The notes below the pieces were generated by a model. It saw nothing but the letters and a program-made list of their open reading frames with translations, was not told the DNA's origin and ran no database searches. A program made the position numbers and the translations under genes. A stretch of DNA of 64,000 bases from an uncultured Pelagibacteraceae bacterium. GTDB taxonomy: Bacteria; Pseudomonadota; Alphaproteobacteria; Pelagibacterales; AG-422-B15. Position 1 is the stretch's first letter, and each line of letters starts with the position of its first letter. This document shows positions 30,797 to 41,922 of this stretch, one piece after another. The DNA lies in NCBI GenBank assembly GCA_902526005.1, contig CABZIW010000005.1:13255-77254 (forward strand), written 5' to 3'.

Positions 30797-32658
30797 CAGC
30801 CTGTTTTCTTGTTCTTAATCTCTTTAAGAGTGGCTTTCGGGCTTTTAGTTTTTGTCTTAGATGAGTTTGTCAATTGATCTTTTTCTGTCTTTTTGTCCTT
30901 TCCTTTTTCCTTAATTGTCTTTTTTTTGATCGATCTTTCATTGTTCTTTTTAGTCTTACTTTTTACGCTGGTTGCCTTGCTTTTATTCTTAGAATCATCT
31001 GTTTCAAAAATGATTTCTTCATTTTTGAATGAATCATCTCCTAATAAAATAATTTTAACTTTTCTGGATGATTCAATATTATCTATTTCTTTTTGAAAAT
31101 TTGTTAATATAAGATTTTTAATATAAGGACTTATTTTTAAACTCAATTTTTTTGTTTTCTTTTTATTTAATTCTTCATTGATCTGGTATAAAAATTTCTG
31201 AACTATTGAATGATGGCTAAGTTCAGTTTTCCATTCAATGAAGCTTTGCCTTAGACGTTGCCGTGACATTTCTAACAGTCCAAATTGACTTATCCTTGAG
31301 ACTTGCGTTCTTGCCCGATCTTTTTTGACAAGTTCTTTAATCTTACGTTCAACTTGACGATTATTTCTCATTTCATACATATCAATGAAATCGACAACAA
31401 TTAACCCTGAAAGATCACGTATTTTAATTTGCTTTGCTATTTCTATCGCTGCTTCTAAATTTGTCTTTAGGGCAGTCTTTTCAATGTTTCTCTCTTTTGT
31501 TGCTCCCCCTGAGTTTACATCAATAGCAACTAATGCTTCAGTTGGATTAATTACTAAGTAACCTCCAGATTTAAGTTTTACCTCAGCATCAAACATCTTA
31601 ATTATTTCTTTTTCGATCTTATGTTTAGTAAACAGCGGCTCTTTACTTTTATATAATTTTACGAATTTTGAGTTACCAGGCAAAACTTGAGACATATATT
31701 TTTTCGTTTCCTTGTAGGCATCATTACCTTGTACCAAAATTTCCTTCATTTCTTTCGAGTAGATATCCCTTACTATTCTTCTTAGTAAATTCCCTTCTTC
31801 GTGTATTAGTGCAGGGGCAATAGCTTTTTTTGTCTCATTTACTATTTGTGCCCACAATTTATTAAGAGTCGAATAATCTTTTTTAATTTCATTTTTTGTT
31901 CGATTTAATCCAGCAGTTCTAATAATTAAACCCATTTCAGCTGGAACTTTAAGCTCTTCAATTATTTTTTTTAATTTTTTTCTGTCATCAGATATAGAAA
32001 TTTTTCTTGAAACTCCTTTAGTTTTTGTAGAGTTAGGCATTAAAACTGAGTATTTCCCTGCAAGTGAAATATACGAAGTTAAAGCAGCTCCTTTATTGCC
32101 CCTTTCTTCTTTAACAACCTGCACTAAGATAAGTTGACCTGTTTTTATTACTTCTTGAATTTTATACGAACGATAAAGCCTTTTTCTTAAGCTATAGGTA
32201 TTTTTTCGCTTAAAAGGTTTTTTTTCTATTTCATTATCTTTATTTTCTTCATTACTGCTTAAATCTAAATGATCTTTATTATTTATTTCAGTAATTTGGC
32301 TTCCAATAGAGTCAGTGTCGTTCTGAACATCTTTAGTGTCGTCAATGTCCTCTGAATTATGCTCTTCTTCTAATTCAGCTTCAGCTTGAATAAGAGCCTC
32401 TCTATCTGCTACGGGAATTTGAAAATAATTCGGGTGTATCTCGCCAAACGCTAAGAAGCCATTTTTTTCTGACCCAATATCTACGAAAGCTGCTTGTAAA
32501 GAAGCCTCGATTCTTGAAACTTTACCTAAATAAATATTTCCCTTTAAATTCTTCCTAGAGATAGACTCAAATTCAAAATCTTCCAATTCATTATCAGATA
32601 ATAATGCAAATTGAGTTTGAGTCTCATTCGAACCATCGATGAGTATTTTTTGTGACAT
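30784..32658 (-). CDS. rne: ribonuclease E/G family endoribonuclease
   Basis: 624 aa. S1 domain (GNIYLGKVSRIEASLQAAFVDIG) interrupted by an acidic insert, catalytic-core motifs (VAIDVNSG, LIVVDFIDM), and a Lys-rich C-terminal tail. Confidence 0.85.
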   Translation of the reverse strand: MSQKILIDGSNETQTQFALLSDNELEDFEFESISRKNLKGNIYLGKVSRIEASLQAAFVDIGSEKNGFLAFGEIHPNYFQIPVADREALIQAEAELEEEHNSEDIDDTKDVQNDTDSIGSQITEINNKDHLDLSSNEENKDNEIEKKPFKRKNTYSLRKRLYRSYKIQEVIKTGQLILVQVVKEERGNKGAALTSYISLAGKYSVLMPNSTKTKGVSRKISISDDRKKLKKIIEELKVPAEMGLIIRTAGLNRTKNEIKKDYSTLNKLWAQIVNETKKAIAPALIHEEGNLLRRIVRDIYSKEMKEILVQGNDAYKETKKYMSQVLPGNSKFVKLYKSKEPLFTKHKIEKEIIKMFDAEVKLKSGGYLVINPTEALVAIDVNSGGATKERNIEKTALKTNLEAAIEIAKQIKIRDLSGLIVVDFIDMYEMRNNRQVERKIKELVKKDRARTQVSRISQFGLLEMSRQRLRQSFIEWKTELSHHSIVQKFLYQINEELNKKKTKKLSLKISPYIKNLILTNFQKEIDNIESSRKVKIILLGDDSFKNEEIIFETDDSKNKSKATSVKSKTKKNNERSIKKKTIKEKGKDKKTEKDQLTNSSKTKTKSPKATLKEIKNKKTGWWQK

Positions 32659-32871
32659 TTAAGAAAACCTTTCAAAGTAATAACCACATTAAGTGGCATA
32701 GAATATATGTATGTGAATATGTTTGTTTTAATCATAATAATTATCTAACTATATGATTGTATTGTTATATTTAGAATTTACAAAAATCAATGATTTATTA
32801 TTTTGATTTTTTAAGCAAAAATTGAGTATTTTAAGTCAAATCAACGCCATATTTTTATTTAATTATTCGAT

Positions 32872-35265
32872 ATGAACATGATTCAAACAATTAAATTATT
32901 TGCCTACGTAGGAATCATTCTTTTTTTTGTAATATTTGGAATAATTTTATATTTTATATTTCAATTGCCAGACGACTCAAGTTTGCAAAATTACAAACCA
33001 AATGTAATGAGCAGAATTCATGCGTCAAACGGTGATCTTGTAAAGGAATTTTCAAAAGAATACCGGATCTTTATACCAATAAAAGATATCCCTGATGATT
33101 TAAAGAATGCATTTATTTCTGCAGAAGATAAAAATTTTTACAGACATTACGGAGTTGACCCAATTGGAATCATGCGTGCTTTGGTCAAAAATATTATCAA
33201 TCTTTTAAATGAAAAAAGGCCGGAGGGCGCATCAACAATTACTCAACAGGTTGCTAAAAATTTTCTTTTATCTGATGAGTTGAGCATAAATCGAAAAATT
33301 AAAGAAGGTCTTCTAGCGCTAAAAATTGAACAAACATTGCCAAAAGAAAGAATTTTAGAACTCTATTTAAATCAAATTTATCTTGGATCTGGAACTTATG
33401 GTATTGCTGCAGCATCAAATAGATACTTTAAAAAATCTCTGAGCGAACTTGATATTCATGAAATGGCTTTTCTGGCAGCACTCCCTAAGGCACCTAGCAG
33501 ATATAATCCTGAAAGAAATTATGATATGGCATTAGAAAGAAGAAACTGGGTGCTCGAAAGAATGTTTGTGAACGGGTATATTGATAAGTATGAATTAAAT
33601 TCGTTAAAAAAAATCCCTATTAATACCTATTTAAAAGAAAATAACAGAGTCTTTGCAAATGATTATTATCTTGAGGAAATTAGAAAAAAAATAATTTTAA
33701 TTTTTGGTGAAGATTATTTATATAATGGGGGATTGTCAGTCAGATCATCTCTGAATACTGAAATTCAAATTATTGCCGATAATGCTTTGAAGAAAGGGCT
33801 GCTTCAATATGATAAGAGGCATGGATATCGTGGACCAATAGATAATGATGTAAGCAATAATTGGCACTTAAAATATAAAAAAAATAATCCTCCTCATAAT
33901 TTTTTAATTGCAAAAATCATTAAATTTAATGAAAAAAATAATAATGCTCAAGTTCAAGTTATTTTAAAAGATGAAAAAATTAACGCAGAACTTGTTAACT
34001 TTAAATGGGCAAGAACTAGTCTTCCTGGCGGCTATTTAGGACCTAAAATTAACAAGGCAAGTGATATTCTACAATTGAACGATATTATTTACGTTTCAAA
34101 TGATAGTCAGCAAAGTTACAGCTTAGAGCAAATTCCAAAAATTAACGGAGGCATTATTATAATGGACCCTTATACAGGAAGAGTTTTTGCTTTATCGGGC
34201 GGATTTGATTTCAATAAATCTAATTTCAACAGAGTCATACAAGCCAAGCGACAACCTGGTTCATCATTTAAACCATTTGTTTATATGTCTGCTTTAGAAA
34301 ACGGTTTACAGCCCAATAGTTTGATTTTGGACGCCCCTTTTGTTGTTGATCAGGGTTCAGACTTAGGTAAATGGAAACCTGAAAATTATGGTAAGAAATT
34401 TTATGGGCCTTCAACTTTAAGGAAAGGAATAGAAAATTCTCGGAATTTAATGACGATAAGAATAGCTCAATATTTGGGAATGGAAAAGGTTGCAGAAATT
34501 GCAAACAGGACAGGGGTAATGGAGAATATGCCTAATGTTCTTTCGATGGCTCTTGGTGCAGGAGAAACTTCCCTTATTGATCTTACTGCGGCTTATGCTT
34601 CTTTTGTAAATGGAGGAAAGAAAGTAGAACCAAGTCTTATTGATAGAATTCAAGATAGAAGAGGTAAGAATATTTTTTTAGAAAATTTTGCAGCATGTAC
34701 TAATTGTGACGAGCCGTACATTGAGGAAAATCCGATGCCAAAACTCATTAATTCATCTGAAAGCATATTTGATGAAGCTAAATCCTATCAAATGGTTTCT
34801 ATTTTAAAAGGAGCTGTTGATAGGGGCACTGGAAGAAAAACAAAAATTGATGGAATAGAAATAGCCGGTAAAACTGGGACAACAAATAATAATACTGATG
34901 CTTGGTTTATTGGATTTACCTCAGATTTAATTGTCGGTGTATATGCAGGGTTTGATAAACCTAAATCACTTGGCAAAAGAGAAACAGGATCATCAGTTGC
35001 CGTGCCAATTTTTCGTGATTTTGTAAAAAATTATTACCAAGAAAAGCCAATTTTACCTTTCACTATTCCTAATGGAATTGAGTTAATTAAAATCAATTAT
35101 GATACAGGAGAAATAGCAAGCAATTTTAATAGCAGTGAAAGTGTCTATGAAGCATTTAGTAAAAGTGATAACCTTGTAAGTACTGGTGAAATTCTTATTG
35201 GTTCTGAGGGCTTCCAAATAATTGAGGTTGCAGATGAAGTTATGGAGGAGTATGTAATTTATTAG
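32872..35265 (+). CDS. mrcA: penicillin-binding protein 1A (bifunctional glycosyltransferase/transpeptidase)
   Basis: 797 aa. N-terminal TM helix, GT51 motifs EDKNFYRHYGVD and GASTITQQ, and transpeptidase motifs SSFKP, SRN and KTGTT. Confidence 0.9.
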   Translation: MNMIQTIKLFAYVGIILFFVIFGIILYFIFQLPDDSSLQNYKPNVMSRIHASNGDLVKEFSKEYRIFIPIKDIPDDLKNAFISAEDKNFYRHYGVDPIGIMRALVKNIINLLNEKRPEGASTITQQVAKNFLLSDELSINRKIKEGLLALKIEQTLPKERILELYLNQIYLGSGTYGIAAASNRYFKKSLSELDIHEMAFLAALPKAPSRYNPERNYDMALERRNWVLERMFVNGYIDKYELNSLKKIPINTYLKENNRVFANDYYLEEIRKKIILIFGEDYLYNGGLSVRSSLNTEIQIIADNALKKGLLQYDKRHGYRGPIDNDVSNNWHLKYKKNNPPHNFLIAKIIKFNEKNNNAQVQVILKDEKINAELVNFKWARTSLPGGYLGPKINKASDILQLNDIIYVSNDSQQSYSLEQIPKINGGIIIMDPYTGRVFALSGGFDFNKSNFNRVIQAKRQPGSSFKPFVYMSALENGLQPNSLILDAPFVVDQGSDLGKWKPENYGKKFYGPSTLRKGIENSRNLMTIRIAQYLGMEKVAEIANRTGVMENMPNVLSMALGAGETSLIDLTAAYASFVNGGKKVEPSLIDRIQDRRGKNIFLENFAACTNCDEPYIEENPMPKLINSSESIFDEAKSYQMVSILKGAVDRGTGRKTKIDGIEIAGKTGTTNNNTDAWFIGFTSDLIVGVYAGFDKPKSLGKRETGSSVAVPIFRDFVKNYYQEKPILPFTIPNGIELIKINYDTGEIASNFNSSESVYEAFSKSDNLVSTGEILIGSEGFQIIEVADEVMEEYVIY

Positions 35266-35267
35266 TT

Positions 35268-36354
35268 ATGGAAAATGATTTTTTAAATTTATTAGCTAAA
35301 GCAAATAAAAAACTTGATTTTGTACGGAGTCATCTTTGACTTAGAAAATTTACAAAAGCAATTATTTAAATTAAAAGCTCTAAGTGAAGAAGAAAATTTT
35401 TGGTCAGACAATGAAAAGGCCAAAAAAGTAATGGTCGAAATAAGTGAATTAGACCAAAATATCAAACTAATTTCTGATTTTGAAAAGAAAATAACTGAAG
35501 TTAAGGATTATTTTAATCTTGCAACCGAGGAAAGCGATCAATTGATGATCAGCGAATGTAACAACACGCTAAAAGAACTTTTAAGCGACTTAGAGAAGTC
35601 TGAGTTTCAAATGCAATTTAACGGTGAAGCTGATTCGAATAGTTGTTATTTGGAAATACATGCTGGAGCCGGAGGAACTGAAAGTCAAGATTGGGCGCAA
35701 ATGTTACAAAGAATGTACATGCGCTGGTCAGAAAGAAAAAAATTTCAATTCAAAATAGTGTATGAGTCATTTGGTGAAGAGGCAGGTATCAAATCATGTA
35801 CAGTTTTAGTAGAGGGCAAATATGCATTTGGATATTTAAAAAGAGAGTCCGGTATCCATCGATTGGTAAGAATTTCACCATTTGATTCAAATTCAAGAAG
35901 GCACACTAGTTTTTCATCAGTATGGATATCACCGTATGTTGATGAAACTATTGAGATTAATCTTCAAGAAAAAGATATGAGAATAGATACTTTCAGGGCC
36001 TCAGGAGCGGGAGGTCAACATGTAAATACGACCGATAGCGCGATAAGAATAACACACATCCCAACAGGTATCGTTGTTCAATGTCAAAATGAACGATCTC
36101 AACATAAAAATAAGGCAACAGCTATCAATCTTCTTAAATCAAAATTATATGAAATGGAAATGCAAAAAATTGAGACTGAAAAAAAAGCTTCTGAGGATAA
36201 AAAATCTGATATTGGCTGGGGTAATCAAATAAGGTCTTATGTTTTGCATCCATATAGGATGGTGAAGGACCTAAGAAGTGATTATGAAGACAGTGATCCA
36301 GATGCAGTCTTAGACGGTGATATTGATAAATTAATTTTTTCAAACATAAAATAA
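35268..36354 (+). CDS. prfB: peptide chain release factor 2, requires a +1 programmed frameshift (35268..35336 joined to 35338..36354)
   Basis: Frame-0 ORF MENDFLNLLAKANKKLDFVRSHL ends at CTT TGA C (35334-35340). The +1 frame continues as DLENLQKQ... and carries the RF2-specific SPF (RISPFDS) and GGQ (SGAGGQHVN) motifs. The track ORF 35314..36354 is the downstream frame with an artefactual start. Confidence 0.95.
35326..35340 (+). promoter_or_regulatory. prfB autoregulatory +1 frameshift site (SD-like GGAG, slippery CTT, in-frame TGA, then C)
   Basis: The sequence reads GGAGTCATCTTTGAC. The E. coli site is AGGGGGTATCTTTGAC. The internal SD-like element has the same short spacing to the CUU codon, and the weak stop context UGA-C is also shared. 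Confidence 0.9.
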
Positions 36355-36357
36355 AGT

Positions 36358-38901
36358 ATGAGTAAGAATATAAAAATATTTATTTATATAACTATATCAA
36401 TATCAGCATTGATCTTTCTGCTTATTTCATTTGTTTCAATCAAAGCGTCATTTGGAGGATTAAAACTTAATATCTTTGAAGAAAGAATCTCAGATGAACT
36501 GAAACTAAATTATTCTTTTGATACAGATGTGGAAAATATTGTTCTTAAAAGATCCAGTGAAAAGGGATTTTATTTCGAAATAGAAAAAATTCAAATTAGT
36601 GACGCAAATGGTTTGGTATTAGAGACAAGTTTAATTAGTTGGGATTTTAATTTATTTAATCTTATTACATTTTCGATAGATGAAAAAAATAAAATTTCAT
36701 CTGAAAAAATAAATATATTTAGTAATGATTTTCAAATATTCATCAATAACTTTAATATGGAATATGATGAGCTTGATAGAGTAATTGTTTCTCTCAAAAA
36801 AATTGATTTTAAGTCAAAGCATTATGCTCTCAATTTTGAGTCATTCGATAACAACATATTAATTCATACAAATTCTATTCTTGAAATTTTTAACTCTAAG
36901 AGTTTAATGTCAGCAAATCTCTCAATAAATAAAGAAAATTTTCAAACAAATTTTGAATTTATTCCAGCTAATCAGCAAATAAATATTTTAAAATTTAGTG
37001 GAGACTATTTTTACATTAATGAAACAAGTTTTATACAATACAACACTAAGTACAAAAATATTAAAACAAAACTTGATATTAATTCAAAAAAAGACTCATT
37101 AATAAACATTCTTAATTTAAATAATAAAAGTCAAATATATCCATTTATAAATAGTTTTAAAGGCTGGCAATCTATTTTGCTTGAGACAAACTTTGATTAT
37201 GAGGAAAGAAATATAATAAATTCTGCGATCAGAAATTTATATCTTAATATATCTGGGATCTATGAATTAAATACATTAATGCCCAATGATAAATTTTATC
37301 AAAACTTCGGTGATGTAACAAAATACGATTTAGATTTTTATAATGATAAAGAGAAATATGTAATCGATATAAATCATTTTAAAAATGATCAATTAATTCT
37401 CAAAAAGGGTAGTTTTTTTAAGTTAAATTACGACCTAAACAATGCAAATATTAATATGGTAACTAGTATTCATAGAGATGCTGCAATAAACTATTTGCAA
37501 AATACTATTCTATCACGTGAGACTAGAACTGATCGTGTAAGCAGTTTTCTTCAACAAAATTTAAATGAGAATAACGATATAACGCTAAATTTTAATATTG
37601 ACCCGACTTCAAATAATATAATTGAAACTCTTAAAAATTTATATGTTGCTTCTTCTGGAGAATTAAACACAAACTTTATTTTTGATGATAATGAAAATCC
37701 TAATTTTATATCAGGTCCTGTAAATTATTATATTGAAATTGAAAATTTAGAAACTCCAAACCCCTTATTTAAGGGGCTTATAAATTTATCAGATACAACA
37801 GCCTTTATAAGACAAATTAATTTAAACAAAAATAATGAAACAAGTTTGAAAATTCAATTTGAAGGCGATACAAATACACTCAATGATAGTTTAATAACAT
37901 TTGACTCGCTCGATAGTGAAATTGATTTTAATGGTAAAGTAAAAATAACTAAAACTAATCATATTTTTTTAGAAGATTTTTCAATTAATAATAATTCAAA
38001 TGTTAAGTTAAATCTCTCAGGAGATTTATCAGAGCGTATCTTAAATTTAAATATTAGCGGTGATATCATTGATCTGTCTGCAAATAAAGTTGAAACGAAG
38101 AAAAAAGAAAGAGTTTATTATTTAAAGAGGGAAAATTATTCGATAAATACTGATGAAGTAATTTTTGCTGGAGCGGTAAGAGTAAATGATTTTAAAGCAG
38201 GAATTGAGAAACAAGGCTCAACTTTATCTGTAAATAGCCGTGCGTCTTTTATGGGGCACGAACTAAATTATTCAAGGGAAAAAAACGATAACATCGATGT
38301 AAATATTATTGATTCAAGTGATATCACATATTTTGTAAACGATAACCACGCAGCAAAAAAACTGTTAAGTGATGGAGAATTTAAAATGACATCAATAAGA
38401 AATTTAAATACTCAAGAAGCTAATGTAAAAATAAACTTAAATGACTTTGTATTGATAAATACTCCAGCCTCTCTCAAATTGTTATCTCTCCCTTCAATCT
38501 CAGGCCTAGTTAGCATTGCTGAAGGGGAAGAGGGAATTCGCTTTGGATATGGAGAAATTAATTATGTAGAAACAAAAAATAAATTTAATGAAATTGAAGC
38601 TTTTGCTGTTAGCGATAGTTTGGGTCTTATTATGGATGGAAATATTGATAGAAAAGAAAAGATCATTGATATGAAGGGAGAAATAAGTCCGATGCATCTT
38701 GTAAACGCTATTATTCAAAAATTACCTATTTTGGGACCAATAATCGTAGGAAACGAAGGAGAAGGAATGTTTTCGATAGATTTTTTAATGACGGGATCTT
38801 CTGATGATCCCGATGTAGAATCTAATCCATTAACTATAATAAAGCCAAGAATAATAGAAAGAGCAATAGAATCTATTGAAAGTGGCATGACTATCCAATA
38901 A
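36358..38901 (+). CDS. large N-terminally anchored envelope protein (AsmA/YhdP-like, DUF3971-type; tentative)
   Basis: 847 aa with one N-terminal TM helix and a long Asn/Ile-rich beta-type body. The conserved-looking C-terminus (GEISPMHLVNAIIQKLPILGPIIVGNEGEGMFSIDFLMTGSSDDPDV) resembles the AsmA-like C-terminal region. The family call is unverified. Confidence 0.45.
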   Translation: MSKNIKIFIYITISISALIFLLISFVSIKASFGGLKLNIFEERISDELKLNYSFDTDVENIVLKRSSEKGFYFEIEKIQISDANGLVLETSLISWDFNLFNLITFSIDEKNKISSEKINIFSNDFQIFINNFNMEYDELDRVIVSLKKIDFKSKHYALNFESFDNNILIHTNSILEIFNSKSLMSANLSINKENFQTNFEFIPANQQINILKFSGDYFYINETSFIQYNTKYKNIKTKLDINSKKDSLINILNLNNKSQIYPFINSFKGWQSILLETNFDYEERNIINSAIRNLYLNISGIYELNTLMPNDKFYQNFGDVTKYDLDFYNDKEKYVIDINHFKNDQLILKKGSFFKLNYDLNNANINMVTSIHRDAAINYLQNTILSRETRTDRVSSFLQQNLNENNDITLNFNIDPTSNNIIETLKNLYVASSGELNTNFIFDDNENPNFISGPVNYYIEIENLETPNPLFKGLINLSDTTAFIRQINLNKNNETSLKIQFEGDTNTLNDSLITFDSLDSEIDFNGKVKITKTNHIFLEDFSINNNSNVKLNLSGDLSERILNLNISGDIIDLSANKVETKKKERVYYLKRENYSINTDEVIFAGAVRVNDFKAGIEKQGSTLSVNSRASFMGHELNYSREKNDNIDVNIIDSSDITYFVNDNHAAKKLLSDGEFKMTSIRNLNTQEANVKINLNDFVLINTPASLKLLSLPSISGLVSIAEGEEGIRFGYGEINYVETKNKFNEIEAFAVSDSLGLIMDGNIDRKEKIIDMKGEISPMHLVNAIIQKLPILGPIIVGNEGEGMFSIDFLMTGSSDDPDVESNPLTIIKPRIIERAIESIESGMTIQ

Positions 38902-40126
38902 TCACTTTAAAGTGTTTTTTCTTGCCAACGCTTATTACATTTTCAAACTGTGTAATTTGATCATAGTCTAACAACTGAAGTTCATTTTCTACTATTTTTC
39001 CATTTAATTTTACACCTTTCCCACGTATTAATTTCCTACTTTCAGATTTTGAGTTAGCATATTTCATTTGAACGATAAGATCTGATAATAGAGCGCCATT
39101 TTGTACATCCTCATTGCTTAAATTGAGAGTAGGCATATCTTCAGACAAGCTTTTATTTTCAAATATTTGTTTTGCTGCCTGTTCAGCTTTTTTTGAGCTT
39201 TCAATCCCATGAAGCATAGCAGTTACCTCATTTGCAAGTATTATTTTTAAATCATTTATATTTTTTGATGAGTTTTGTTCATAGCTGTCAATTTGTTCTT
39301 TGCTTAAATCTGTGAAAAGTTTCATGAAACGAATTACGTCTCTGTCGTCTACATTTCTCCAAAATTGCCAATAATCGTATGCTGATAGAAGGTCATCATT
39401 AAGCCATATCGCTCCATCAGCTGTCTTGCCCATTTTATCACCATTAGAATTAGTAAGAAGAGGAGTTGTAAGCCCATAAACCTCTTTACCATTTACTCTT
39501 CTTATGAGCTCCACTCCATTTACAATATTTCCCCATTGATCAGAGCCCCCAATCTGTAAGGTACACGAATTTCGATTATTAAGCTCATAGAAGTCATAAG
39601 CTTGAAATATCATATAATTAAACTCTACAAAACTGAGAGACTGTTCTCTTTCAAGACGTATTTTTACACTATCAAATGTTAACATTTTATTTATTGTAAA
39701 ATGTTTCCCAAAATCTCTTAAAAAATCTACATAACTAAGCTTATCTAACCAATCTGCATTATCCATTACTAACGCTTTATTCTCTTCATTCTTAAAAGAT
39801 AAATATTTGTCAAAAACAGTTTTAAGATTGTATGCATTATTCTTTATTTCATCGTCAGTAAGTATTTTTCTAGTCTCATCTTTACCAGAAGGATCACCAA
39901 TGCGGGTAGTTCCTGTACCAATTAATATTATTGGGGTATGACCGTATTTTTGAAATAGGCGCATTATCATTATCTGTATTAAGCTGCCTATATGCAATGA
40001 TTTAGCCGTACAATCAAAACCTATGTAAAATGTAATATTTTCAGATTTTAATTTTTTATTTAGAGATTCCTCATCAGTGCATTGATGTAAGAAACCGCGG
40101 TATTTGAGTTCTTCAATAAGTGTCAT
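38891..40126 (-). CDS. tyrS: tyrosyl-tRNA synthetase
   Basis: 411 aa. HIGH motif as SLHIGSL, KMSKS motif as KMGKT, and a C-terminal S4-like domain. Confidence 0.95.
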   Translation of the reverse strand: MTLIEELKYRGFLHQCTDEESLNKKLKSENITFYIGFDCTAKSLHIGSLIQIMIMRLFQKYGHTPIILIGTGTTRIGDPSGKDETRKILTDDEIKNNAYNLKTVFDKYLSFKNEENKALVMDNADWLDKLSYVDFLRDFGKHFTINKMLTFDSVKIRLEREQSLSFVEFNYMIFQAYDFYELNNRNSCTLQIGGSDQWGNIVNGVELIRRVNGKEVYGLTTPLLTNSNGDKMGKTADGAIWLNDDLLSAYDYWQFWRNVDDRDVIRFMKLFTDLSKEQIDSYEQNSSKNINDLKIILANEVTAMLHGIESSKKAEQAAKQIFENKSLSEDMPTLNLSNEDVQNGALLSDLIVQMKYANSKSESRKLIRGKGVKLNGKIVENELQLLDYDQITQFENVISVGKKKHFKVIIG

Positions 40127-40176
40127 TTTCTATATTCAGTAATGTATAAATTATTTAGACTAATTATACAAAATAT

Positions 40177-41259
40177 ATGAGCAATAATAAACTTCACGCA
40201 ATTGGTATTATGAGCGGCACTTCATTAGATGGAATCGATGTTTCATACGTAAGTTCTGACGGAAAAAGCATATTTACTCATAATTGCTCATCCTTATTCA
40301 AGTTTAGGGATTCAACTAGAAAGTCTCTTTATAATCTTGTGAACAACTTTACAAAAAATAAAAATAGCATATCAAATATAATCGATTGCGAAAATTTAGT
40401 TAGTGAAGATTATGTAAACGCCATAAGAAAATTTATAAAATCTAAAAATATCAAAAAAGTTGATCTTATCGCGTTACATGGACAAACTATTTTTCACTCA
40501 TCTAAAAGTAAATCATCGATTCAATTGTGCAATAGTTACTATATTGCAGAGAAAACCAAAAGTCTTGTTGTAACTGATTTTAGGCAAAAGGATCTTTTAA
40601 ATGGTGGAGAGGGAGCGCCATTAGTACCAATATTTCATAAGCTATTAATCAATAAGCTAAAACTTAAAAAGCCTTGTTCTTTTATTAATATTGGAGGCAT
40701 ATCTAATATTTCCATATTGGACAATAGTGGCAAGTTAACAGCATATGATATTGGACCAGGAATGTGCCTTTTAGACCAATTTGTATTTTTAAAAAAGAAA
40801 CAACCTTTTGATAATAATGGATTATATTCTTCTCGAGGTAAAATTAATAACAATATTTTAAGCCAACTTCTAAATGATAAATTTTTTAGAAAAAAACCTC
40901 CTAAATCTCTCGACCGAAATTATTTCTCATTAAAGAAAGTATTAAAAATAAATTTTTATGATGCATGCGCAACTTTATCCGCATTTACTGCTTATTCGAT
41001 AATTAATGATCTAAAAAAAATAGAAAATAAAAAAATTATTATTTCTGGTGGAGGAACCAAAAATAAATTCATTTTAAATTTAATTAAAGAAAATTTAGGA
41101 AATAGAGTAATCTCTATTGATGAAATTTATGGTGATGCAAAATTTATAGAATCCCAGGCATTTGCTTATTTAGGTATAAGAAGAATTAAAAATTTACCTA
41201 TATCATTGCCAGGTACTACAGGCGTTAAAAGTCCGATAACTGGCGGAAGAATTACTTAG
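40177..41259 (+). CDS. anmK: anhydro-N-acetylmuramic acid kinase
   Basis: 360 aa. N-terminal GIMSGTSLDGIDV and internal GGEGAPLVP are typical of AnmK. It is divergent from tyrS, a common arrangement. Confidence 0.9.
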   Translation: MSNNKLHAIGIMSGTSLDGIDVSYVSSDGKSIFTHNCSSLFKFRDSTRKSLYNLVNNFTKNKNSISNIIDCENLVSEDYVNAIRKFIKSKNIKKVDLIALHGQTIFHSSKSKSSIQLCNSYYIAEKTKSLVVTDFRQKDLLNGGEGAPLVPIFHKLLINKLKLKKPCSFINIGGISNISILDNSGKLTAYDIGPGMCLLDQFVFLKKKQPFDNNGLYSSRGKINNNILSQLLNDKFFRKKPPKSLDRNYFSLKKVLKINFYDACATLSAFTAYSIINDLKKIENKKIIISGGGTKNKFILNLIKENLGNRVISIDEIYGDAKFIESQAFAYLGIRRIKNLPISLPGTTGVKSPITGGRIT

Positions 41260-41922
41260 TTACCTATACTTTGAATTAAGTTCTCTTTCAATGTAACTTC
41301 GAACTGTCTTTTCAAGCTTATCGGTTTCATTGTCATAGAAATGATTTGCTCCTGTTATTTCTTCATAATCCACTGTTATATTTTTTTGAGATTTGAGTTT
41401 TTCTGCAAGCCGTGTAGTTTCTTCAGGAGGCACTAAGTCATCTTTTTTACCTTGGACTATTAAACCTGAAGCTGGGCATGGAGCTAAAAAATTAAAATCA
41501 TATAGATTAGGTTGAGGTGAAATACTTATAAATCTTGTTATTTCGGGCCTTCTCATCAATAGTTGCATGCAGAGTAGAGCGCCAAAAGAAAAACCGGCAA
41601 CCCAACATTGATTAGTATTTGGATTTTGTCTTTGTATCCAATCTAGACCAGCTGCAGCATCAGCAAGCTCGCCCAATCCATTATCAAACTTGCCCTCACT
41701 TTTACCAACGCCTCTTAAATTAAAGCGAAAAATTGAAAATCCAAGAGAATCAAAAATAGAGAATAATTCCATTACAATAGGGTTATTCATTGTTCCGCCA
41801 TAGAGTGGATGGGGGTGTATTAAAAGAGCTATTGGAGGGTTTAAAGACTGACCTTTTTTGTACTTTCCAACTAATTTTCCATCCGGACCTGTAAAAACTA
41901 TTTCTTTTACTTGATTATTCAT
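41260..41922 (-). CDS. alpha/beta hydrolase (COG2945-like)
   Basis: 220 aa with HPHPLYGGTMNN near the N-terminus and the nucleophile elbow GFSFGA. Confidence 0.7.
   Translation of the reverse strand: MNNQVKEIVFTGPDGKLVGKYKKGQSLNPPIALLIHPHPLYGGTMNNPIVMELFSIFDSLGFSIFRFNLRGVGKSEGKFDNGLGELADAAAGLDWIQRQNPNTNQCWVAGFSFGALLCMQLLMRRPEITRFISISPQPNLYDFNFLAPCPASGLIVQGKKDDLVPPEETTRLAEKLKSQKNITVDYEEITGANHFYDNETDKLEKTVRSYIERELNSKYR

Noticed and set aside
32544-32735. A 63-aa - strand ORF spanning the rne start and leader.
   Set aside because: It overlaps the rne N-terminus out of frame and has no motif. The 213-bp rne/mrcA spacer is more likely 5' UTR and promoter DNA. I saw only a short CCAC-TTAAT-GTGG hairpin there and nothing I could call a defined element.
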